Positions 25,725 through 38,600 are shown, counted from the stretch's first letter. The stretch: 64,000 bases of DNA from Elsinoe ampelina (GCA_010093995.1 ML992513.1:555203-619202), one strand, 5' to 3'. Notes: a model not told the origin generated them from the letters alone. Translations and numbers: made by a program.

Positions 25725-27839
25725 CTATTGCCGTCGCTTTACCAACCCTCTCTCCAGCGTGACGCCCAGTCTTTCCAATATCCACTCCGTCTCCCCCTTC
25801 CAGCTCAACAACGGACTCTCTTCCCCAAGCCAGGTATACTCCCTCATACTCTTCTCCTTCTTGAACTTGGCAATCGTGCTCGTCTGCCTCAGCGCACGAG
25901 GAACGAGGTGCTTGATTTCCTCCTCCTCCTCCTCTCGATCCAGCCCATCCCCATCCCTCTTCCCCCTCCCTTCCTCCCCCCCTCTACCCGCGTCTCCCGC
26001 CCCGCTCCCACGACCCCTTGGCAACGTAGGCGAAGACTCCATAAGCCAGAGATAATACTCCCACTCCTCCCACCTGTACCGTCTCGGCGGACTCGCCCCC
26101 AAATCCCTCATCAACTGCCTGATCTCCCTCGCCAACACCAGATGATAAAAGTGGATATCCGTCGCGAGTAAGTCCCTCGCCGACTCCGCCTGCGTGAGCC
26201 GTGCCAATTCTTCATCCGCCAAATGCGACGCGAGACGAGTCGTGATGTCCTCTTCCAGAGAACTGGGGCCGGGTTCGTCGTCGATGTCGCGGTGGCGACG
26301 GGGGATGTCCCCCAGTATGCCCGGCGGGGTCGCGTCGGCGAAAGCGGCGGTGTCGATGTGTCCCGTGCGGAACTGGAGGAGGAAGAGCTTGAGCGTGGCG
26401 GTGAAGCCGCGGTCGCCTGGGAGGACGGTGAGGGAGCCGATCCAGACTGTGAGGTCGGAGAAGGCGGCGACGACCGTGTCGGACATGTCGCTTATGAGGA
26501 TTGTGAGGGTGGGGATGGCGAGGAGGGTCCAGAGGACGAAGAAGGACCTGCCCGAGTTGGATTGCGGGTACAGGTCGCCGTAGCCGACTGTGATGAGGCA
26601 GGTGTAGGCAAAGTACATTGCGTTGAAGTAGGACCATTGTTGGGGCCGTTCGGAGTGGGAGAAGACGAGGGCGCCGAGGAGCCAGAGGCTGAAGGCTGCG
26701 GTGGTGGAGATGACGAGCGCCATCCATTTGCGGTCGCGCTCGGCATGTTCTTGCACTTTACGCATGACGGCGAATTCGAGTCGGCGGCGTTTGGTGACGT
26801 CGAGTTGGTGGTTGTCGAAATGCATGGTGGCGAAGCGGCCGATTCTGATTTCTTCTTTCTTTGGGTTGATACTACCGATGGCTCGAAGTCGTTTCTTCTC
26901 CATGATTCGGGCGGAGAGCTTGCGTTTACCACGGTCCAGTACGAGTGTGCGAATGCTGCCGATGACGAGGCCGATAATGACAATGCCACCAATCGAGAAG
27001 AAAAAGAAGAGAGTTCTGCCGGCATGAGTTTTTGGACTGAAGTCGGAGCCTAAGCCGATCGTGAGAAGTGTAAGATCGGCCCAGTACACGGCGTCGAGAA
27101 ACTCCCAGCCTTCGATGTGGCTGAATATCAACGCTCCTACGAGCAAGTAGACGACGAAGGCCATAGTCTGCAGCATGAGCGTCCTTTGGGCCATAGTGAG
27201 TCGGAAACCTCCTTCAAAATGGCCCTTCCATGCACCCCAAGCAGTCAAGGTCATAAGACTGGTAATGATCAAGTAGATGGCAGCTGCTTGAATAGCGTAG
27301 TAGTAAGCAGAAGTCAAAGCATGACGATTCGCAGGAGCCGCCGGATCGTCCAACGGGATATGATACGTCGGACTTGCAGCAAAAGTGGCCAGATCCACTA
27401 CCAGTAGTACTCCAGCGAGAAAAAATCCAACCACAGATATCGGCTGAGCAATCTTGAACTTCAGCCGTCGAGACATGTTGAGCAGCAACGCACTATTCGC
27501 CGCCAAGGCCGCCACCAAGGAAAGAGCATTGATAGCCAGCGCCCAAGCAGGGTCCGAGATCCTAGTCCCAGTGGACTCAGTCTGGCCGTCTGGGATGAAG
27601 ACGCGCCAGCTCTTGACGAGAGCGCAGACGCTGAATGCATTTGCCAGTGGCCCAAAGGTGCCGGCGATGAGAGGACATCCTGTCGAGGCGAACCACCAGA
27701 GACTTGGGTCGCGGTAGTCTCGCTCTTGTCGCTCCCGCTTTGCTCGATCTTTGTCGATATCTGCTTGGCCGGGCTGGACGTTGAGGTTTCGCGTTTTTGC
27801 GGCCTCGTCTATGGCTTTGTCGGTACCAGGGTCGTTCAT
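25725..27839 (-). CDS. TOK1: Two-pore outward-rectifying K+ channel
   Basis: Eight hydrophobic segments; pore loops LLTIGLGSD and ITVGYGD; PLIAGTFGPLAN, LT.AQRTLMLQT. Confidence 0.92.
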   Translation of the reverse strand: MNDPGTDKAIDEAAKTRNLNVQPGQADIDKDRAKRERQERDYRDPSLWWFASTGCPLIAGTFGPLANAFSVCALVKSWRVFIPDGQTESTGTRISDPAWALAINALSLVAALAANSALLLNMSRRLKFKIAQPISVVGFFLAGVLLVVDLATFAASPTYHIPLDDPAAPANRHALTSAYYYAIQAAAIYLIITSLMTLTAWGAWKGHFEGGFRLTMAQRTLMLQTMAFVVYLLVGALIFSHIEGWEFLDAVYWADLTLLTIGLGSDFSPKTHAGRTLFFFFSIGGIVIIGLVIGSIRTLVLDRGKRKLSARIMEKKRLRAIGSINPKKEEIRIGRFATMHFDNHQLDVTKRRRLEFAVMRKVQEHAERDRKWMALVISTTAAFSLWLLGALVFSHSERPQQWSYFNAMYFAYTCLITVGYGDLYPQSNSGRSFFVLWTLLAIPTLTILISDMSDTVVAAFSDLTVWIGSLTVLPGDRGFTATLKLFLLQFRTGHIDTAAFADATPPGILGDIPRRHRDIDDEPGPSSLEEDITTRLASHLADEELARLTQAESARDLLATDIHFYHLVLAREIRQLMRDLGASPPRRYRWEEWEYYLWLMESSPTLPRGRGSGAGDAGRGGEEGRGKRDGDGLDREEEEEEIKHLVPRALRQTSTIAKFKKEKSMREYTWLGEESPLLSWKGETEWILERLGVTLERGLVKRRQ

Positions 27840-28194
27840 GGTTTAGGATTGTTGTTTAGGACTGTGGGACATGCATAGCCTGGTCAACCACAGTCGATGT
27901 ACAGGAGCGGTGCACGTAGGAATAACTTAGAGAGTGGCATAGCGAACCTGAAGTTGGGAGACAATGGCAGGTGACATTCAAGGTTATCCAGGAAAAATAG
28001 GTACGATGGTCAGGTTGACCCTGTTTGAAGCACGAGGTCGGGCCTTGTTGCGTCAGCGGAGCCAGGCAAAAAGACAGAATTGCCCACTTTTTGGCGAGAT
28101 GAGACACTTTGCCGACTTCCGTTCAACACGAACATCACGACATGGCGAGAACCTCGATCTTCAGAACGCGATGATTATTCTCGATGCTTCCATC

Positions 28195-29875
28195 TCAAAA
28201 TGTCATTCCGAAACGCCATGCTCGTCCCTCCACCCTCTGCATCAGCAAATACGAAACCGCCACTCCACCCGCAGCCGCAGCAACCAGGTATTTCACCGCA
28301 CTCGCCCCCTCCGCCTCCTTCTTCTCCCCCAGCTTCCACCCCGGCGCATCCTCATTGATCGTCCTCGTCGGCACATAATCCAACTTTGGCCCCTTCGCAA
28401 ACGCCTCGGACAGCTTCCTCAGCTGAATCGGGGCCAGCCACGGCGCCACATACCCCGTCATGAAGCGGCCAAAGTAAGTCTGGTATGAATTCATGCGTGT
28501 CGCTTTACCGGACAAGTCTGTGAATGCCTTTGCTCGGACGTAGCGTGCGGCTTGGTACTCTGTAAACAGGGCGGAGAGCTCGGCCGTGGTAAAGTGTCGG
28601 TGTTTGTCGGATTTGGTCTCGCGGTTGAGGATGTTGCAGAGGGTGACGGCGCCTTCGATGGCGATGTTGGCTCCGAGGCCAAGGTCGGCTGTCATCTTGG
28701 GGGGGTCAGTATGAATGACCAAGCAGAGGGGTAGGTGATAGGTGAGGCTTGCCTTGTGGGCGGAGTCGCCGACCAGTACGAAGCGCCCAGAGTGCCACTT
28801 CTCGAGCATGCCCTCTTCGATGTTGAGTAGTCCAGCTCGACTTCGCTGCTTCCACAGCTGCTTGAGTTTGATGTGGTCTGTGAGAGGCACGTCGCCGTAC
28901 TGCTCGACTAGTGCCTCCATGGCTTGTTCACTGCCATCCCTTCGCACAGGCGGCTTGTGGTGATCGTCCTTGAAGATGATGGCCCAATATGCTTTACCTG
29001 GCTGCGTGAAGAGCATCTCGGTGTGCCCATGGCCGAACGTGACATTCGACTCGGAATCCAGAAGTTTGAGGTCCTCCGTGAGGTCGCTGACACCGAATAA
29101 TCCACCAAAGTCGGTAGAGAAGCAATTCTTGTCAGTCTCCGGTACTGCGCTAGGGTCGTCCTTTGCAGCATGATCCCACATTTGCTGACGGATGGTGCTG
29201 TGTACGCCGTCGGAGCCGATGACGATATCTCCTTCCTCTACTCGGCCATCGGTAGTGACAACTCTGATCCCACTCTCGGTGTGTTCGACTCGGTCCACCT
29301 TTGCGCTCGTGCGGACGTAGGACTTGTCCGGCAGACCGTCATAAAGATGCTCGACACACCTCTGACGATCGAATATGATGCTCGGCATGTCAAAGCTGGA
29401 GCGGAACAGATCAGCAAGGAGTATCAGGAGGTAACAGCGTCTGGTCATGGCTCACTTCTTACTCATGGTCTGCACTGTCTTTCCAGTATGGTTGATGGTA
29501 CCGTCTGGCCATCTTCGTCGCTCTCGCTTGATCCTACCAGGCGTAAGGTCAGAAACTGCGCATTGTCACGATACTGAAAGACTTACTGTGCATGTCAGCC
29601 AAGTCCAGCAACGACAGTGCATACCACTCTCCAGGAGGCACACATACCGGAACAGTCGTCTCATGTATCCTCTTCAAGATCCCAAATTGATCAAATATCC
29701 TCGCGACTTGCGGCCAGATAATGAGTGCTGCTCCTTGCACCGACACAACCTTATCATGCTTCTCCAGCACCACATGGTCAATGCCAGCCAACTGCAAACA
29801 ATGCGACAGTGAGAGCCCGACTATACCTGCTCCCACCACAACCACCCGAAAAGGCCTCTTCTGATCTTGCGACAT
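28195..29875 (-). CDS. FAD-dependent monooxygenase (PaxM-like)
   Basis: VVVVGAGIVGL, DHVVLEK, IGSDGVHSTIR, LVGDSAHK / intron / MT..LGLGANIAIE. Confidence 0.88.
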
Positions 29876-30256
29876 GGTTGGCAAGGAAACTTGTGATGGC
29901 TAGAAAGTAGAGATTGGGGAGTGAAGATAGCTGTACTTACCTGCCGCCTGTCCTGTGAGCACAACCCACCTCTCTTGGCCATCACAGTAAGACGGCTCAC
30001 TCCCTGCACCACACGCGTATTCAAGAACAAGTGAGATACAGCGAGCGCACAGATACGGCCGAACAAAAATCCAGAGATGCCTGTTGGCCCTGCTGACGTT
30101 CCCCACAACGCCACGGCTGGCATCTCACCACTCGACCAATGGTAAAGGATCTCGGACATTTGGCCAACATCAGCTGCACGGACGCGGATATTTCATGAAA
30201 GCAGTAGCATCAGGGTCTATGATTATTGGAGATATCTGTCCTCCACAAGGCGGACA

Positions 30257-31064
30257 TCACTTCTCGACTTCGCTGATGATGACATCCCTCAGCTTCTCTG
30301 GCACGCTCCACATCGGACAGTGCCCCGAGTCTATCTCGACCACGCTGGCCTTGTTGCTGCTTGCGCTTTGGATGTTGTCGATGAACTGCCTTTGCTGATC
30401 TGGCTTGACAATCAGGTCGTTCGTGCATAGGATGTACGATACTGGGACTTCTTTGTAGGCTGCTTGGGTCAGAGGCTCAGAGAAGGAGACGGCTGAGTGG
30501 TGTGGGAAGAGCAGCACTTTCTCGTATGCCAGCTCCCATGACATGTCATTGGCGATTGCCCCGGCGGAGAGGGATGCGTCGATGTGCATATAGCCGTCCT
30601 TCATGTCGTTAGTCATCAACGCCTATGCAAATCCCTCCCTTGCCTCCTCGAATGCTGTGGAGTTGCAGGGTTTATGGACGACTGACCTTGACTTCAATCC
30701 CCGACAAGGCGTCACCACCAAGTGCAGTAGCTATATCCTCCCCCACTTTCGGGGCGATGGACGTCATGTAGATGATTCGCTTGACACCGACGCCCACTAG
30801 AGCTTCAGAAGTTGGAGCCCCGCCATAGCTATGGCATACAACGACTACTTCCTTCCCCTGCCCGATCAGGGTCTCGGCCACGCGTCTGATGTGAGCGGCG
30901 TCATCGGCCAAGGTCGCTGGCTCGAGAGGGTAGCGCTTGGTGGTGGTAGGGAGCTGGATGGCAGCCGCCGGGAAGGAGGCGGCGCGGAGGAGGGAGATGA
31001 TCTCGGTGTAGGCCGCTGGTGGCGAGAAGGAGCCGGGGACGAGGACGATTGTAGGTTTTGTCAT
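30257..31064 (-). CDS. Alpha/beta hydrolase (AB hydrolase-1 type)
   Basis: MTKPTIVLVPGSF, VVVCHSYGG, YILCTND, IDSGHCPM; one intron near 30600-30685. Confidence 0.88.
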
Positions 31065-32468
31065 GGTCCGCGGAGAATGAAGTGTTCGAAAGATGAATTG
31101 CAGTGCTGGTTTGCAGTATTTCAATGTCCTTCTGGATTTGTAAGTCGTGCTATACTGGGGCAGTCCAAGGTGCGGCTGATCGTTTTGGTGCCCGCTAGTG
31201 CTTATTATTGGTAATCCAGGTACCGGAGGGGTTCTTGGCTGCTCTGAGGATCTGGTTTGTGTGTATTTGTGGCTTGGAGCATCACTTCCGGTGCGATAGT
31301 CGGTCAAGACTGTCGTCTTCATGAAAGAGGTAGCCTCCTGGCTTGACATAGCCAGATATCGACTTCTCTGTCGCCGGAGCCAGATTCCGTCCCTTCCCAT
31401 CGCCGAGCCCAACGCTTCTGATCGAGTCCGTGGACGATAGTGCATATACTTGTATGTGTCCTCGCTGCTTCTGAGATCCCCATCGCTGTGGTCACCCGCC
31501 CTGGATAGCCTTGTTCGGATCTGTGCCCTTGGGTGCCACTACGGGGCATATACCTCTGCGCCTGCTCTTCCGATGCTCGTGTCGTCAAGTTCCTACCAGT
31601 CGCATCGTCAACAGTCTGTTGCCCGGCCAAATTCCAGCTAATGCATGACCTGTTGCAATTGCCGAAATGCTCCTCTTTGATATGTGCCCTGCTCCCGATG
31701 AGTTGTGTGATATTTCGGATAACAAGGTAGCTCATCTCGAGTGCTTGAAGTAGTGTAATCTTGGGTAGACCTGCCTTCGTAGAACTTACCTCGTGACCGA
31801 CCAGGCTCATCGAAAGACTTTTCCGCTCGCGTCGGAAGCTCAAGTCGTACATCGCTGCTGTGCCCACCGCACATGGACAGGTAGCTGCTAGCGAGGAGCA
31901 GGGCTCCAGCTCAACCTCAGACACCATGTGAAGAGATTTGCACTGGTGCGTGGTGTCCTCGAGACCTGAATCGTTGCGAAATTGACAGTCGTTGATCAGC
32001 CTGGTACTTGCGATTTGCTGGCTTAGTCGTTGGCGCTCGCCAAAGCGTCGCAGCGCTGCGAACACTCACCCCCCGGCCTCCAACATGTCCAATGTATGTA
32101 AAACGGTCCATGATGCTCCTGAGACCTCGAGAAGGAGGCCGAGGTAGCCGCTGACCTTCCCAATGCTCGCAAGCTCGAATTGAGAGCGTGTGTGGGCACT
32201 GAGCGCCAAAGATGCAAAAAGAGCGATATCAGAGGGGATTGAACTCATGACCTGGCCACGGCGTTTGCCTGCGCTCACAGATCCCCCAGACAGATACGCC
32301 CGCCAAGAATACACCTCCCCATATGTCCATACATCCACTTGTCTCTTGCTGCCTCACTGTCCCCCAGCCGTATGGGATGCAACACATGATGGGCTCAGAT
32401 TGCAAGGCAAAAGGGAAGCCTTTGTGCCGCATACCATGGCGTACACTGCCTGGACGTAGGCAAAAAAA

Positions 32469-32546
32469 GATTGGCCGGGCTCGAACCGACTCAGCTCCCA
32501 TCCGACTGGGCTATGGTCGGACTCTAACCGACTCTTGGAGTTGATC
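32469..32546 (-). ncRNA. tRNA-like Pol III element (pseudo-tRNA or tRNA-derived RNA)
   Basis: Minus strand: D-arm-like CTC..AGTCGGTTA.GAG, 6-bp stem TCCGAC/GTCGGA, T-arm GTCGG-TTCGAGC-CCGGC (B box), then T7. Acceptor stem pairs poorly. Confidence 0.55.
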
Positions 32547-35500
32547 GTACTGTGTACTCTCATGGAACTCGAGATCCAGTCCGGGAGAAAGTGTCGTGTG
32601 CTCATGCTGTGTCGGCTGTGCTGCTGCGCTGGCTCTACATACATATGTAATGAAATGCAACATACCTTATTTGGACATTTGTCCTAACCACTTCGACCAC
32701 CCGTCCTCTTCTCCTCTCCGCCGGGGTACAGTCAAACTTCGTGACTATATAATGTTTGATTTTGGGCCGACCATGTCCACGGCCTTGTAGAACCACGATA
32801 GAATAGTCTCTGCACCAAGCTGACCATATTATAAGCCATGTTGCTGAGACAGGATCTCTGTGCAGGGCCTTGAACCCAAGTAGAAGACACTGGGTGTTTG
32901 TGCGGGCGCGGTAGCAAGGGATCCTGGACCCGGGATGAGGCATGCTTTTGTACGGGCGCAGCCAAAGCCAAGTCTTCCCAACAAAACTCTGCCCTTGCAT
33001 GACCCTGCATCAAGACCAATTACTATACTTTAGCCGTTCATGCCGATTCCGATCGGCATTAGTGGAACGCTCATGAGTTTGGATTGGCCTCGGGGGCGTG
33101 TCACGATGCTCAGAGGATGGTACCACTCTCTTCAGCCTCACTCACGCACGACCACAACACATGAGCCTCAAAGCAAAGTCTCGCTCATCGAATATTCTTC
33201 AATTCGAGCCTTTGATGATTCCGGATTACTCCAGCATCACCGTCCGAACCTCAAGACGAGACCATGCAAGGGCGGAGAGCCCGACCGCGTGTCATGAGCG
33301 GCCACGACGCTACTCCGAATACCCTATCACGACCTCGCGACGATGCACACGATGACTAGAATTCACCTCTACTTCGGCAGCAAGGCATTGCATCGCAACC
33401 GCTATCATCGGCTTGAGTTGGGCGCTCCTATACCAACGGTTCAATAGGTCTCGCTGCCCTTGCGCTCTCCGGTCGCAAGAAGATCGCGGCCGTTAGCACC
33501 GCTCGATCTTCAGAGCACACGACACTGCCAATAGCATTCGACTGCGAGCATTCGACCAGCACTCCACCGTAGCCGATGACGCCTGAAGACGAATGGCGGC
33601 ATATGGGCGGAGACGCTGATGGTTACGGCAGCGGCCAGCATCAGCAGCTTCTGGGCAAGCATGATACTTGACCACCAGTTGAAAGAGCAGGGATGAAATC
33701 GTCCAGCTTCGACGCGGATGGTGGGATAGTCGATACTCTGGCACGCAGCCTCGCGAGAGAATAGCAAGACACTCGCTGTTGGCAGTGACGGCAACCCCTC
33801 GATCCAGTCAAACGTCCATGGTGCCGCAGCAACAGCAGCATCATCGGAACCGCAAGTCATCAAGGCTTGTGACAGGAGCCTCTTGCCAACCCTGATCAGG
33901 TCGTTTGCCCCAGCCGGTCCGACCTTGCAGCATCCCGTTGCAAGATCGACACCAAATAACCGTGACCAAGGCTTTGGGGGCTGGATGCATTGGCGGGATC
34001 CATGCTATGAGAGCTGGTGCACCGGCTCCAGGGCACATTGGAAGAGGTCTGAATGTCTTGGACACTCTGGTTGCTGCATCCGCCACTCGGCCTGCAACAA
34101 ACGAGCTCGGAGTTCGTAGTCGGTGATTTGATCGACAAGACAGACCTTTGGGACTCGGACAGCAGGACTGGAACAAGTCCAGCCCTGGACCATGGATCCT
34201 AGCTCGATTGACATCGGTGATCTGACGGCGCTTCTCACGGATGCCGTACACCGGCTGAGCCACGTCTCGGCTGCACCCGATGAGCATGTACAACGGAGTC
34301 TTAATACAAGCATCCAATTCTTGGGCCAGGTCTCCGGAGGTCAATCGAAGTAATCGCCCTACTGGAAGTGGCTATCGCCACGTAGGGCCGGATTCATGCT
34401 TGACACATCCTGGTCGGGACGGGTAGCCTGCCCTGGTCTTAGGCACGCTAGTTCATCTGTTCAGTGACAAAAGTCGTCGTGGATGATGGACTTGTTCTCT
34501 TGGCCGCAATTTTTCAGCACGTCCTCTGAGGATGCATGATTCCAACACAAGGTCTCTGCATACCTTGCGAGGTTGCTCAGATGTGATATCGACCTGATGC
34601 CAGATTTGCTCGTTGTAGTAAAGCATTCAAATAGGCATGCCATCAAGACGTTCGAGCATGTCCGCCGTCTGGACAGTGGACGTGGAGTCTATTCGAAGAG
34701 TATGGCGGTCCGGCTTCTATCACCATCACTGTCGAGGCAGATGACGCTCCCAAGCATCAACAGAGCAGCACAGGCTCCGTCTATCCAACGACCAGGCCTG
34801 GGTATATCGGCGGCGCGAACCCTCCGTGCTGCTTGCTGTCGCTTTGTCCCAAACCACCTCGCCCGGTACAATCCTGGGTGAAAGACTTCTTGTACTGTGA
34901 TCAGCCTGGTGTACCGACCAGGTCAAATACCGTCTCTTCTCATAGCCGATTGTTCTGATTGGCACGGGCTGCTAACCTGTCCTTCTTTTTCTGGTATCGG
35001 GATGCTCTTCGTGGGTTGACCGGGGGCTCTCAAGGGCGACGGATATCTGCCGGGTTGAACCACCTGCCTGATAGGCGGAATGTACGACCGCTATCTTGTT
35101 CGCCTCGTCTCAATCGTGCTTGATCTTTCGCATCTGTCGCAGTTCGGGTCCGGTCTGGACTGTCGACGCGCATGTCAGGCTACGTGAGAGGTTCAACAGG
35201 AGGGAGAAGTTTGAGTCGGACAACACTTCGGAGAGCTGTCATTTGCGTGTGTAAGGTCATGATACGTTGCCATTTCGTGATCTTGCTGCTGTTGCCCAAA
35301 GGTAGATCGTCTGTTCAGGGTTTGGGAGGTCCGCAGGATTGGCCGGGACCGGGGTGGGTCCTGCAGGTGAGACACCGAAAGAGGAAGGTGGTAAAGTCAG
35401 CTGGTGGACGTCGTTCTTCGTTTCTGATGTCTGGTATTGCTCTTTTCCTTTCTCTTTCATCGATGAATTGGCAATTCTGTCTCCAGTCGTACGCGTTGGT

Positions 35501-38019
35501 GATAGCGGACGCTGTTGGTGATGGTCAAGGAGACTTTTGGTCACCGGCATCCGGGGCGTCGCTGTCGTATGGTGTGGTATCTCCCAAGCTTGTCTCCTTG
35601 CTATCAGTACCGCAAATCGATTGACACTGGTCTCGGCGGTCGTGCTATGTAGCTATGCTGGTGTGGAGTTGGAGGCTCGATGATGTCGCATGGAGGTCGG
35701 GCCCTTCGCGCATGATGGTACAGCTGGTGCCCACTGGTAGTAATTCCAGCTTGTTGAACTACCAGAGACGGAAGTCGCCTTTAGCTTGCTGTGTGTGTCT
35801 CAGTCTGGAGTGATCAAATTGATGTAGGAGATCGCCAGAGCCGAGGGCGTCCGCATTGGCTGACGGTCAGTCGCTGCCGGTTCCGGGAGCTGGAGAAGGA
35901 TGTTGCAAGCGCAGCTATCAAGAAGCCCCTCGAACGAATGCAAATGCCGTTCAGGCGAGGTCATGCAATAGCTGGAAAAGACGTCTGGTAGTACTATTTG
36001 CTCAGCGTGGACGGTGGTAGGGGGCTTGGATCCACGACCTGCGACAGTAGCTGGTAGTGGCAGCGCAAGTCGCCATTCCAAAGAGCCAGCCTTGGCAATC
36101 AGGTATGACCCTTTTCTTCTCTCCTTCGGATTGAACTTCACCACAACAAAATATACACAAATTGTCATGCCGGTAAGTGCTCTCACCGCTACCACCTCCT
36201 CATGCTCCCGCTTCCGCACAGAGTATTACTACCACACTACCATGCTACCATCATGCCCGCGGAGAGGGCGTTCGCGCGAGTGAGAAACAAAGCTGACAAT
36301 ATGTAGAGCGATTGGCACCTGGCAAAACAGGTGCTCACAAGGATCAATCAGTAAGTAGAGGCTAATGCATTTCCTTGTTTCTCCATACAGGCATTACACC
36401 TATACCACGACACCACGACACCAACGCGGACGGGTGAGGTGAGACGACCTCGCGCACCACCTCGGTCGCGCAGTGACTCTCACCCGACGGCTCCCTCACT
36501 CGACGGCTCCAAAAGAACTACCAGCGCCGCTACCTGGATCTCTTGGCTGCAGCGATCAATCAAGGGGATATCTGGCAACTGCGATCCATGCAGTGAGGAT
36601 CTACCTGCAAGCAAGCTCCAAACATACAAAAGGACAGCGACAAAGACAAGTCAGGGCATGGATGACCAACCGCCTCAAGCTCAACGCAATCTCCTGGTAG
36701 TGTATTGCATCGCCACCATGCTATCACCACGTCTTTGACACAGCCTCCATCACAAAATAGCCTCGACATCCGAATGGGCTATCCGCCGAGCGACCAGGAC
36801 CGTGCAAATCTGTGATGCACATATTAGCCAATCACAAACGAGTACCCCTCTCTCAGTTCGCCACTACACGTCTGGTAGTTATCGGATCATGCGGGATCGG
36901 ACTGGATGGAGCAGAAGCATGTCTAACACAATGCTCGACCGCGATGTGACACCACTGTTCCTCGGGTATACACTTGCGTAACACTCAGCGGATTGGTACG
37001 CTATGTTCATCACAACGCGCTACCTCGTCTCACAACTTGTCATCATGGTAGACCGACCTTCTACCAGACTGATACACTCCACTCCACTCACCTTCTCCAT
37101 TGCAAAGTCGTCATCGGCCGCTACGCAGAGCTGACCAAAGCCCCCTGGTAGTTGGTCTTGGACTGCACATCAGTGGAATCGTGGCTGATGATTGAGCTGG
37201 GTTTCTGTCCGCGAGTTTATACTCATTACGATCATTCGACCTCATACCGCCACCGTATACACCATGTCGATGCTGGTAGTCTGCTTGACCCCAAATTATC
37301 AGATCTTGTACGTCCAGCTCGTCACCACACCAATCAACAAGACGCTGCCAGATCATCACCATCAAGAAGCCTGGATTGACTTCATCGTCTAGTCGCCATG
37401 CACCTTGCCTGGTAGTTCATACCAACGGGGACCACAACGGACTATCCATCCCTCGGCCCACCCTGAGATGTTGTGACAAGCTTCTGCGAGGTCATCGCTG
37501 CTCGGGACCCCGACATACTGGACTTCGCCTGTGCAGCATCTCACGGCTGGTAGTCATCATCACGCGCAATACCAAACGAAGGCGTCCCGGGAGCCTGTGG
37601 CAAGCCCCTCGGGTGTTTGCTAGTGGCTTGCCATGTCTCGGATACTTTGCTTCTGAAGCACCTGCGACCATACTGCATCAACATCAAGCCGGATCATTTG
37701 GTCACCACATATACCACCAGGAACACCTCGGCAATTTGATGTTGGATACAGTCACCGCCCAGTACCTGGGTACGTCTCATTTTACGAAGCCAGCTGGCTA
37801 GGCTTTCTGGCAGGCTACTTTCCTGGGGGCTGGTAGTACCATTACATACAAGATCGTCTTGGACGCCTCACTCTTGCTCGTGCCCGTGGCGTCAGAGGTG
37901 TATCAGTTGTGACGCAACACTATACATGGTTTTCCTCCTGCCAGGCTCTCCTCCGGCGAGCAGCGAGCTGGTAGTATGCTACGACCAGGGTGCCGTCAAT
38001 CTTGGAGCTTGGCATCGCG

Positions 38020-38600
38020 GTGTGTCAAGTCTGGTAGTGTGTCGCTGTACAACCTACCAGGCAATCCCTCTGCCCCCGTGGCGAAAGTCATGGTGCTTTG
38101 ACAGACTGGTCCACTGATCTTCCAGCACGCGAATCCTGGTAGTTTACCGGTGCCCACAATACCAGGCAGATCTCCTTCTGACCTTGTGGGAAGACTTGTG
38201 TCCTTTTGGCACGCTGGCTCCACTGACCATCCACCACGCCAGTCCTGGTAGTTGTTTGTCACACGCACCACCAGGCAGATCCTTCTCTGGTCTTGTGGGA
38301 AGACTCATGGTCATCTGGCATCAGGCCCACTAGTCATCCAGCACGCCAATCCTGGTAGTGTATCGCCGCACATACTACCAGGCCACAACCCTCTGGCCTT
38401 TTGGGAGCTCTCATGGTCCTCTGGCACACTGGATCAACTCATTATCCAACATGCCGATCCTGGTAGTTTATCGCTGCGCGTACTACCAGGCAGATAGCCT
38501 TCTGATCTTGTAAGAGGATCATGGTTGTCTGACACACTAGATACACTGATCACCCACCACGCCAGTTCTGGTAGTTTTGTCGCTGCAAATCCTACCAGAA
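38020..38600. repeat. Six-unit ~108-bp degenerate tandem array; each unit carries the inverted repeat CTGGTAGT-N14/15-(A/C)CTACCAG
   Basis: CTGGTAGT at 38031, 38136, 38245, 38352, 38460, 38568 (periods 105, 109, 107, 108, 108); flanks alignable by eye. Confidence 0.92.

Noticed and set aside
27030..27070. TIGLGSD first pore loop of TOK1 as a novel selectivity filter
   Set aside because: The GLG core is intact and I recall similar variants in other fungal TOK channels; novelty cannot be supported without an alignment.
38252..38497. 36-aa repeat protein encoded by the array
   Set aside because: No ATG; 109- and 107-bp periods shift the frame, and stops flank the ORF.
38020..38600. CRISPR array interpretation of the hairpin repeats
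   Set aside because: The context is eukaryotic, no cas genes are present, and the inter-hairpin sequences are homologous to each other rather than unique spacers.
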